DNA from: Paraspadella gotoi
Lineage: Eukaryota; Animalia; Chaetognatha
Reading direction: 5' to 3'
DNA length: 64,000 bases
Assembly (NCBI GenBank): GCA_051294375.1
Contig: CM119268.1
Coordinates: 14,279,420-14,343,419 of the forward strand
Of this stretch, positions 53,002-64,000 are shown in pieces; within the stretch, counting starts at the first letter, position 1, and each line of letters begins with the position of its first letter. The notes below the pieces were generated by a model. It was not told the origin of the DNA. It saw nothing but the letters and a program-made list of their open reading frames with translations, and searched no databases. A program made the translations under genes and the position numbers.

Positions 53002-53183
53002 GTTGTCGAGGGCGCGTGAACCGGTTGCCATGGGCGTGAAGCGGTCGCTAGGGGGAGAGAGAAAAGGAGAGAGACATCACAGCCGGTTGCTAAGGGAGAA
53101 GCGTGTGAGCCTCGACCGCTAATCGCCTCTATGTCTCCCTCGCTCACTTTCTGAGTCGTTGCTAAGGACGCCGTTGCTAGGGC
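53002..53183. promoter_or_regulatory. Cluster of six co-oriented RFX-type half-sites
   Basis: GTTGTCGAGG 53002, GTTGCCATGG 53024, GTCGCTAGG 53044, GTTGCTAAGG 53086 and 53158, GTTGCTAGG 53173. Confidence 0.45.
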
Positions 53184-53364
53184 TTTAAGCAAGGATTNNN
53201 NNNNNNNNNNNNNNNNNNNNNNCGTATCTTCTCTCTCTTCTCTCTCCTCTCATCTCTCTCGTCTCTCTCTCTCTGTGCTCTCTCTCGTCCTCGTCCTCTC
53301 TCTCTCTCTGCCTCTCTCTGCTCTCTCTCTCTCTTCCAGCCCAATCCTTCTTACGCGATCCCTT

Positions 53365-53905
53365 CAATCCTTGCTGTAAAGCCTAGCAAAAAACGGTGAG
53401 GCGTCCTTCGAGGCAACGACTCAGAAAGTTGGGAGCGAGGGAGACATAGAGGCGATTATGCCGGTGGCGGAGGCTCACATAAGGTAACGCATCTTTCTTT
53501 CTTCTCTCCCTTAGCAGAGACGCGCTGTGTGTCTCTCTGCGCTTTTCTCATCTCTCCCTGGCCCCTGCGAAAAATCCCGCTTCACCGGCGGGGCCCATGG
53601 CAACTCGGTTCACAGCGCCCGGAGTCGACAAGAACGGCTCGTCCTTTTTTTTTTCCTCTATAACCGGTGGGATATATAGAGTTTTTTTTTTTTTAAGTCG
53701 GTGTCGTTGTAAGGTCAAGGCGATTTGCGTGACATTCATGAGAAAATCTATTTCGTAATAGACTTTCGATTGCTGACGTCAATTTGTGAGCGTAAAAAGT
53801 CGACGAGGCTTGACGATTCACGATTCACCGAGATTTCCCCGATTGACGGTGAAAGTTGGTCTTCTGGAACGTTAGGTCTGAAACGAGTTATTCGCGGATT
53901 TGGGG
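53365..53905. other. Noisy inverted copy of ~52578-53197 across a 25-N gap
   Basis: gcaacgactcagaaagt..gagcgagggagacatagaggcgatta and gtgacattca.gagaaaatctatttcg are reverse complements of 53120-53163 and 52696-52722, with many insertions. Confidence 0.8.
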
Positions 53906-55038
53906 GGGTCAACTAGGTAACGAGGGTCGCGCGATTTGGTGAGCGTCACGTGAACCTCACGTGATCCGGAGATGAGAAGAACGTGACGTCACAGATGGTC
54001 ATTTCTTTTTTATTCGGTCACCGAAGGATCAAGAGGTGGAGAGGGGGGGGGTAACCGAAAAAAGTGGGGAGGTAGAAAATGTGGGGAGAGTCGAGCGAAG
54101 GAAAGGAAAGGAAACGACGAGGGAGGAAAAATCGAGTCGATAACAAAAAAAGAAGAAAAAAGAGAAAGGAGGTTAAAAGGTAAGGATCGAGAAACGGGGA
54201 ATATCGAAGAGGAGGAAAGGGAGGATCGAGACGGAGGAAAAGGAAAGAAGAAAAGAGCGAAGGGGAAAAAGAAAAAAAAAGGAGGCGCGAAAAAAAAAAA
54301 TTGGGGGAGGAAATTCGTTGCTAATCAGGAAAGTGGCTGACGCGAAATTTGGTGGGAGAGAGGTTTTGGTGGTGGAGCTGGGGGGGGGGAAAGGCTGGGG
54401 AGAGATTTGGGATGACAGCGACGAAGATTGAAGAGCGAATTAAGGTAAAGGACGAGGGAGTGACAAGAAAGGAAGTGAAAAAAGGAATTGAGAAATCCAG
54501 AATATAGATATATATGTATAATTTATATTTTAAAATTGATAATTAAATTGACTTGGAAAATTCGGCGAGTTTCCGCGTTTCGAAAAATCTTTCCATCTTA
54601 TCGATTGATGGTTTTTTTTTCTTTCATGAGTTACATTTTCACCGTGAGTGGGAGCTGACCTATTTTTGTCGTCGCGTCAATGCCAATAGGACTTTTCAAT
54701 AGTAAACCGTAAATGGTTTAAGCTTTATTAAAACAAATATTTTAATTGATTCATCTCTTATTTAATTTTCCTTTCTTGAGATTTTCAGAGAATGTATCTA
54801 TCTCAAGTTTCGTTGGTAGAATAATGTATAAAGAATGTTCATTGTCAATGTACTACATAGTAGACGTGTTCCTCGTCGTGATCGTCGTCGTCGGCGTCGT
54901 CGTCGTCAACGCTTTCCACAGTTCGGTTGTCTTAAATTTCGCATTCGATTTGGAACTAAATGCGACGTCAAAAGAAAAAAAGAAAAAAAAAGTGTTTTGT
55001 TCTGGCAAGAATACGGAACTATTTCGTCCGTCTCTCCT

Positions 55039-55094
<56 letters not shown>

Positions 55095-55169
55095 TCTCTC
55101 TTCTCTCTTCTTTCTATTCTTAATTTAATCTTTAAATTTAAACCTTGGACATGAACAAAAAAGAAGAAA

Positions 55170-58100
55170 AAACACAAAGAAGAAAAAATAAAATTAAAAA
55201 AAAAATGCCGGGACTCCCGTGAAATGAAATGCCTTATCTGCGATACCTACTCTCTTACCTGTGTCCAGTGTTTTCAACACGTCTGACTCCCCTCCATCAT
55301 GCACGGGATCTACTGTGCCCTGTGCGCTTGTTTTCGCCCTTCATATTTCACACTCTCTTATCGTCGACCTCTCGCTCTGTCGCCTTCGCCCCGGCCATCT
55401 GTGGCTTCGGCCCCGGGCGACGCCCCGCCTGGCGGCCACCGGCCCACCCCGCTACCCTTCCTCCCGTCCCCTTTTCGCCCTCTCAACGCGGTGACACGTC
55501 CCGTCAGCTTCGCATTCGTGTATTCGTCGTGGCCAAGCCCAGTGAGGGAATGGTCCAAACTCGAGATTTATAGACAGCATCATGTCCTAGACACGAGTGT
55601 TCGGGTCGACCACGGAAAACACTCAGCTCCAAGTTCTGCTGGCAGAGTCTCGACTATAGAGTTCAACTATCGACTTGAAGACGGTGAGCAGTTCTTTTCG
55701 CTCGTCCGTCGGCGTCATGCGAGCGAGTGGTGGCGTGGGAGTCGAGCGCACTATGGAGCGTCTGACGTTCGATCATTCTTGCGGTCGCTCGTCATTTTTC
55801 GTCGCTCGTTGTTCCTTCTTCTGACCTATTCTGAGCTCGTCGCCATGATATGCAATCCGGTCTAGATACACTCATACTCGAGCGCAATATCTGGAGCTCG
55901 ACTCGCCATCGCGCTATTGGCCCTCGTAGTACGTTAAACTGAAGATTACACTGGACTTGGTGGACTGACTCTGTCGGACTGTGCGTCGCCCTCGCTACGA
56001 CAGTTCTTTGTCAATCGCCGTCTGTAGCTTTACATCTGTCCATGTCTCGTCGCGCATGAGAGTGAGAGGATAGCGAATGCCCATAGTGTTAGAGAGCTGA
56101 TGACTTAGCCGTCTTCGGGATGCCTAGTCGGATATTCAGTTCGCTCGTGATTTGGACGCGCCCGATTGTTTTCCACTTTTCTTTTCCTGATTCGCCCTGC
56201 TATGAGTGAGTCCGCGAACTTCGCCCAGGGTGGGCGTGCGACTGCGGCGCAGAGAGCAGGAGGGTTGAGACAAGAGGTGGACGAGCGGGAGAGGCAACAG
56301 AATAAGAAGAAAATCGTTTCCATCTGCCGACTTTATTCATCTTGCCTTCTCTTTGTCTTTCTCCTCGTCTAATTTCTTTACTTCCGTGATGGAACGTCAG
56401 ATCAGTTCTCATTTACGTTCTCTTCTTTGGGTACGTTTGAGAAGGCATTCGTGGTGGCGTGGCTCGGTGTTCGATTGACCTAATTTTCGAATGGTGACGA
56501 GTGTGTAGTCAACGACGAAAGATGGTCGACGACTCGCTCGAAACAAGAAACCCAATTTCTGACAGAAAATATATCCGAGTTGACAAATATCACGGAACGA
56601 CGTACTACACGTCTATATTCAGTATAGATCTTGAATCAAGATTGACTACAGCACCACATTATCGACGTTTACATTTTAAAGACATAACTAATTCTCTAGT
56701 ATTTTTCCTACTCTATACATAAATGTTAATTGAAGCGTAATTACATACCAACTCTGATTTGCTACGCATTCTTCATAACTCTACTTACTCACCCCACCTC
56801 GTTCTAAAATCGCTAGGAAAGTCTCCTAATTAACTTTTTAGCTCCGTGCCCGGAGAGATATATGTGTAGAAGGACTCGACTTAAAAATCATCTTAAATTA
56901 ATCAACGCAAAGGAGTCTAACGCCTGAGACTCCCCTCCCCTCCTTCTCCTCTCTTGATTAAAATCTGTCTTCTGTCGTTGTTGCTTCTCGTCTTTTTTTC
57001 TCGACCAAAGTTTATACACAGTAAAGATAAAATTCGAGAAGAGAATCAGAACTGATAGCAATTACTTTCCCATTACTCGAATTGGTCCCTACTGAGCGCA
57101 CATGCGCCCTCCCTGCCACTCGCGAGACCGAGTGGAGCGCTCCGATACCCCAACCTTTGGATACATTTTCAGTTTCCTCCTCTACTTTACGGACATTTTT
57201 GCTTCCGGACTGCGCCCCTGCTTGCCTCCTCCGGCTATTCTTCTGTACGTCTTATGCCCACGTCCCGCCTCGTTCTCGCGTTCGACGGATGGCTAAACGG
57301 GTCTCTCCTCCTCATCTGGCCGTGCCCTCGCCTCGGGCTGGCTCGCTCGCCCTACCGTGTTTGCTACCTCTCTGTATCGCCTCTTGTCCCGCCATCTCTC
57401 GCCATATTGACATCTACCCCGCCGTCATACTCGACCACTAAAAGCCGCAATAGAAAAAAAAGAGGGAAAAGGGAATAGGGCGGGCGTTCGACGTGGCGTG
57501 ACGTTGGTAGCATACTGCAGCGACCGCTAAGGCGCGGGGCGCGCGGAGGGACCGTTGTGGATGGACTGTCGGCCTTCACTGCAAGTAAACGCGAACGCGG
57601 TCGCGAACCGCTAATGAGCGTTGCTCTTAGCACCGAACAAGCTGGCCGGACCTGGCCGAATGTTGCAAGCGGCCCCGTTTGCCCTATGCCGCGGAAAATG
57701 GCCACCCAGGAGGGTCTGCCAGTGGCGAAAGGGGAACCCTACCTGTAACTGCTAAAGACGGAAACCAAAGGTAGCGGAATAGGACTGATAGAGATTACAG
57801 CAGAAAAAAAAGAAAAAAATTTCTGGGAGAGAGGGAGAGCGAGGGATAAAATTAAACTATCGGACAACAATTCTTTGAAGATCTCTGACAGATACACTTA
57901 TAAGGAATTTTATACTTAGGAATCACACGGGATGACATTTGGTAAAGGCACAATGCCGATGAAAAAAACATGCTCGGTCTGGCTGCGAAGAAGAATGAGT
58001 CAGACAAAAAAGGCGGCCGCGAGCTGGTAGCTCATCGGTACCGGAAATTTCATTGACAGTGTTTAGTGTAGACGAGAAAGAAACGCGTTTGCTGAAGCCG

Positions 58101-60319
58101 CATTGGGAAAAAAAAGAAAGGAGGAACCGAAATTAAATCCGTTTATCGTCGCAGACAAAAACGACGCCCAGGAACGACGACGACGCACAAATGCGCTTGG
58201 AGCACGCAGGTAACGGTAAGGCAAAGAAATGAACGCGAAGCATTCGCAACTGGAGGCAAGTTATGGGTAGAGAGAAAGAGATCATTCCATGTGCTCTCTC
58301 GCCGACACGACCTCGGAACCGACAGAATTGACAAGCGACGGTACGGAGACCGACCAGCATTGGCTTTTGGACCGACACTTGAAACAACTCGGTCTCAACT
58401 TATATGAAGAATAGACAAGCAAATGAGACCGCTATTTTAGGCATAAATTAAGCAAAACACAAACGACGACGACGCTCTGAGAACAACGACGTCAGCAACC
58501 GGATAGTCACGTAGCGTGTTCCTACGTACCATAATATGCGATAAGAAAAATGGCCTGATCAAGATTATACTTTTTTTATCTCGACGGCTTTAACACCCAT
58601 TTTATCGTCTGCGAGATAACAGATACGGCACGAATCGTCGTCGTCGTCGCACGAATGGCACCTTTGCGCCAGGAGAAACTCCTGTGGAAAACTCAGTACG
58701 GAATTTAAGACCCTGAATGGACGTTAATGAGGAACAAAAACCGGCGGAATCTCTCTCCCGTCCTTTCCTGACAAAATATTTCCTCTTCTTTTTCTATTTT
58801 TTTTTTCTCAGCCTAGACCGAAACACGTGCAAACACAGAGATTTGTCGAACATCACCACGCTCCCCGCGTCAAACAAGTAGTTCGCCTGTACTCCGTCCA
58901 ACCGAGGAACTCCTAAAGCATAAAGGTTGTCTCGAATACTTCGCGCCCGGCGCGCTACGTACCGACAGCCCAGACCCAAGGCCCAGACACAGAGGAAATA
59001 TGGTGAGCCCTATTGAGATGTGCTCTCCACGTACGACTACCGATTGGGTACGAGGAGATACAACGCATTGGTGCGGGAATCGCATTTATCTGTCTGCAGA
59101 CCAATCGCGTCTGGCTGTCAAACTGCTGATGGAGGAGGAACCATCCGTCTGCGGTTCACCATGTGCGAACCTCGTGTTCGCTCGTGGTCGTGCTGTTACC
59201 TGACTTATCTCGAAGTGAGTTTAAGTCGTAGCTTGCGGAATCGACGTAGATTGTTCTGTTATTACACGGGAATAAGGATGTGAGTTATTGGAGGTGCGCG
59301 CTATTGTATCATATTACCGTTATTAATTAAACTTTGGTATTTAAGTTTAACCGATGGAAATTGGCAGACGCCAGACGAGACACGTGGTAAAAGGAAATGG
59401 ATGACGATTTTTTCGCCAGCGTTTAGACTTTTTGCGGTGCTCTTGTATCGTCGTAGCAGGCGCCCGCGTTGTTGCCTCCTGCCCATTCGGGTTAGCGCAG
59501 TGGACGCCATCGTCTCTCGGTTCGTGGCGTCCTCTCTCCTCTCCTCTCCTCTGTTGTCGTCTACGGTGCGATGCTCGTACTCCATCTCTCATCGGTCGTG
59601 CTCTCTCGTCTCTCGTACGATGCCTCTCTGCTCTCGTGCAAATGAAGTCTGCTCGATTTTCTCCTCAGCAGTCTCTCAAATACATAGGTATAAAACCTAT
59701 CCAGATACTATCTGCATAGTTCTGCAGAGGAAGCGCTACGCGTGTGTTGTGCGCCTATGTCGCGAGAGAAACTAGTGTCCCCAAGATGAAATTAGGAAGA
59801 TATTGAGGAAAAGGAGAAGTCAGAGCTCTTATGCACTGAGCGTGCTCGGGTGAACCACACGAACGAGTCCTTGATGAGATTGTGCGGTCACCTCGAGAAG
59901 AGAGAGGAGTGGAGCAGAAGGTGGTATATGATCGTTCAAAGCCTCGCTGGCCTTGTTCATCCGCACCCAGCTTGACCGCTGGTTTCGGAGGTTTTTGAGG
60001 GTGGAATTAGAAGAACCCCGAACCGACAATTACCAGGGACCGTGACGTGAGATAGAGGTAGAGTGGGAGAGACAGGGAATTTATGTATCGTTTATCGCAA
60101 GTGAAACGATGCAGAGACAGTAGGAGCACCGATAGAATAATGCTACAAGAGATGAGCTGATAGTTGAGTAGTGCGCAACTTGGCCGTGCAAATACAAAAA
60201 TTATACAAACACCTGTGAAATCTTTATGTGATACCTCTCGCTTTAATTTCCGCATCACATTTCAGTCCTGATGAAAAGTTCAGCTGAGATACTCCTTCAA
60301 TCATCTCTTCTCTGTGTGT
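55170..60319. other. Low-quality chimeric segment interleaving copies of ~37380-39500 and ~60350-62850
   Basis: Alternating recognisable blocks of both templates in colinear order, with a heavy insertion load. Confidence 0.75.
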
Positions 60320-61835
60320 NNNNNNNNNNNNNNNNNNNNNNNNNAAAAAAGAAGAAGAAAATAAAATAAAAAAGGGTGAAATGAAATCATGGAATATTCA
60401 TGAGTTCAAACTCGACGCCTCTGACGACCGGCGTCGTCGATGAGCGCCGCGTCGCGTAAACCTGACACGCGGCGCCTTTCGATCGTGGAGAAGTGCCAAA
60501 GTCGGCGCCGAATGCTGCGCTGGAAAGTATAAGACGGCGGCGTCGTCGGCGTCATCGACAGTTTCGTTATCGACGCGTCAACGGAATAGCGAGCGATGAC
60601 GCAGAATGACGAGCGGAAATGACGCAGTGAGACGCAACGAAACGATGCACGCGAGCGCCTCGTACGACGTTAGACGCTTGAAGTTGCAGTTGGTGAGAGA
60701 GTGAGAGATAGCGATAGATAGAGAGCGAGAGAGAGACAGGGAGAGAGAGAGAGAGAAAGAAGAATAAGAAGAAATACGTTTATCTGCGACTTTATCATTC
60801 TTGCCTTCTCTTTGCTTTTCCTCGTCTAATTTCTTTACTTCCGTGATGACGTCATCAGTTCCATTTACGTTTCTTTTGACGTCATTCGTTCTTTTTTCTA
60901 TTTGGGAAGACCTCAAAGAGATTCAGAGTTCTCTATATTTAGTTTTGAATAATTCCCGCTAGTCTTTTATTTGTCAAATTGTAATTATCCATTTATTTTC
61001 CATTCAAANNNNNNNNNNNNNNNNNNNNNNNNNNNNNNNNNNNNNNNNNNNNNNNNNNNNNNNNNNNNNNNNNNNNNNNNNNNNNNNNNNNNNNNNNNNN
61101 NNNNNNNNNNNNNNNNNNNNNNNNNNNNNNNNNNNNNNNNNNNNNNNNNNNNNNNNNNNNNNNNNNNNNNNNNNNNNNNNNNNNNNNNNNNNNNNNNNNN
61201 NNNNNNNNNNNNNNNNNNNNNNNNNNNNNNNNNATCTACCGCCGTCATATCGACCATAAAAGCGCAATAGAGAAAGAGGGAAAAGGGAAAGGGGGCGTGG
61301 TGACGTTGGCGCGCGCGGGTTTGTGATTTCACTGAAGAAACAGTAGAACGTCGGGATTGAGAAGGAAACAGTCGAAGGATTCGCGGGCGGAAAGATTAGG
61401 ATTAAAGAGAGATTTAAAGAGAGAGATTTAGATTTAGCGAAGAAGAAAATTTTACAAATCCCATCTTAAAAAAAAAAAAAACTGTCTCTCTCAAAGAATG
61501 AGTTTCAGACAAAACCGACTTTTGCTATTAAAATTTTTCATTGAAGTAGTTGACGAGAAAGAAACGCGTTTTAAGCCGATTGGGAAAAAAAAAGAAAGGA
61601 GGAAGAAAATAAATCCGTTTATCGTCGCAGACAAACGACGAGGAACGACGACGACGACAAATGGTGGAGACGACGACAAAAAACAACGACAAGAAGAAAG
61701 AAATCATCTTTGGCGGAAAATAGAAGAACATTGAACTCTTTCAAGAAAGAAAAACGCATTAAAAAGAGTAAAAGACGTCAGAGATGACGTAAGTCTTATA
61801 AGGCGTCGTCGCTTGATATCGACGGCTTCCTTATA

Positions 61836-61893
<58 letters not shown>

Positions 61894-63786
61894 AATCATC
61901 CCTCGATTCGTCGCCGATGATTTGCGCGGGAAAACTCAGACTGAATGGAGTTAATGAGGGAAACAAAACCGGGGAATCTCTCTCCGTCCTTTCCTGACAA
62001 AATATTTCCTCTCTTTTCTATTTTTTTTTTCTGTAGCGAAAGAAAAAGGAAGGAACAAAAGGCGGGTTCGAATCTCAGAGAAAAATTTGAGAGAAAGAAT
62101 AAAAAAAGGAAAAATTGGATTGAAGTCAAACCGGAGGGAATCCATCTTGGATCCTTTTTCGATGTGGGTCAAACGTTGGAGGAATTTCGTTCAATGGAAT
62201 CTGTTGCCGTGGCTCTTTTACCTGACTTACATATTTAACGAAGGGCTTCGAATGGACTATTGTCTGTTATTAAAATAATATTTATTGGATCCTATTTATC
62301 ATATTAAGTTATTAATTAAAATTTGTATTTAAGTTTAACCGATGGAAATTGGAGACGCAGACGAGACACGTGGTAAAAGGAAATGGATGACGATTTTTCG
62401 CAGCGTTAGACTTTTTGGTGTCTTGTATCGTGTAGGCCCGGTTGTTGCCTCCTGCCCATATCGGGTTGCATGAGCCATCTCTCTCTCNNNNNNNNNNNNN
62501 NNNNNNNNNNNNNNNNNNNNNNNNNNNNNNNNNNNNNNNNNNNNNNNNNNNNNNNNNNNNNNNNNNNNNNNNNNNNNNNNNNNNNNNNNNNNNNNNNNNN
62601 NNNNNNNNNNNNNNNNNNNNNNNNNNNNNNNNNNNNNNNNNNNNNNNNNNNNNNNNNNNNNNNNNNNNNNNNNNNNNNNNNNNNNNNNNNNNNNNNNNNN
62701 NNNNNNNNNNNNNNNNNNNNNNNNNNNNNNNNNNNNNNNNNNNNNNNNNNNNNNNNAGAGAGAGAGAGAGAGAGTGAGTTGAAATCAAAATTTCACACGG
62801 AATCTATGTTATCTCTTTAATTTCGCATCACATTTCAGTCCCTTGAGAAAGTCGCTTGAAACATTAACGAACGTTATTCCTCCAGCATTTCAGCATCTTA
62901 AATTCCGACTTCCATCTTTTGAGCCAAAAGCTAAGACAGCAACATAAAAAAAAAAGCTACGATGAAAATAAAACAAATAATTCGTTTTCGCCAATCGATT
63001 TCAAGACGTCGTCGCGAGAATATCTATTTCCACCAATGGGAGACTCGAGAATCAATTCCACCAATCACAAGTCGAACAATTCATTATTTTCGTTGTTGGA
63101 CGGAGATAATTAACTGAGCCGCTTTTTTTTTTCCGTAGACAAAGGCGGGGAACGAAATTAGGTTTTGGGCGNNNNNNNNNNNNNNNNNNNNNNNNNNNNN
63201 NNNNNNNNNNNNNNNNNNNNNNNNNNNNNNNNNNNNNNNNNNNNNNNNNNNNNNNNNNNNNNNNNNNNNNNNNNNNNNNNNNNNNNNNNNNNNNNNNNNN
63301 NNNNNNNNNNNNNNNNNNNNNNNNNNNNNNNNNNNNNNNNNNNNNNNNNNNNNNNNNNNNNNNNNNNNNNNNNNNNNNNNNNNNNNNNNNNNNNNNNNNN
63401 NNNNNNNNNNNNNNNNNNNNNNNNNNNNNNNCCTCTCCCCCGACATTTCCTGTATTTTTTAAAAAAACAAATTCTACCACAAATTAATTCTTATGTTTGG
63501 GCGGCGTTCTTGTGAATGTATCTCGTTTGCTTCGTTTTCTTCTTCTTCCTCTTTCTCGTCTCACCCCTCGTTCACATTCTCTCTTCTTCAGCCTCTTCTC
63601 TCTTCTTCATCAACTTTTGTTATTTCAGCCACCGTTTTCCGCCCCCCCTTTCTCTCCCTCCTCTATCTCCCCCTCTTCTTCTCTCTCCCGTCGCTTCCCC
63701 AGTCGCTTCCAAAGTTTTTCGCCCAAAATTGGATCAAAGAGGAAAACCAATTTTTTTCGTGTTTATGTTTCTTACGGCAAGAGAGA

Positions 63787-63849
<63 letters not shown>

Positions 63850-64000
63850 AAAGGTAAAGAAAGGTTAGAAAGAAGAGAAAGAAGTAAGAAAGAAAAAGGA
63901 ACTTTCGCGAGAGGGAAAAAGAAGTTGCACAATTTAGACCCTAAATTTCCCTCACAAACAAGATTACGGCTTCGACGGGAGAGAAAGGTGTTGTTATATC

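Overview
Invertebrate metazoan-type genomic DNA from a gappy, error-prone long-read draft assembly. It is saturated with (AG)n, (TCG)n, (TAGA)n and (TTTC)n microsatellites, which create almost all ORFs in the track. The one well-supported gene is the 3' half of an Eph receptor tyrosine kinase on the minus strand: kinase domain, SAM domain and a C-terminal GWLV tail, in seven GT-AG exons from about 50422 to 23652. The locus appears about twice: 36874-45426 is an inverted copy of about 20112-28546, and 45427-49934 is a direct copy of about 28547-36560. A third, garbled copy at about 55170-60320 is interleaved with another sequence. This pattern and the 25-N gaps point mostly to uncollapsed haplotypes and gap-filling artefacts. 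Comparing the copies exposes a 4-kb, TATAT-flanked intronic presence/absence segment. It carries two palindromes, an RFX X-box, a candidate small spliced ORF, and one copy of a ~230-bp dispersed repeat with covarying RNA stems. Other leads are an intronic sequence complementary to an Eph splice donor, a possible Thr-rich kinase insert exon and an RFX/CRE/E-box cluster. No rRNA, tRNA, CRISPR or transposase gene could be supported.
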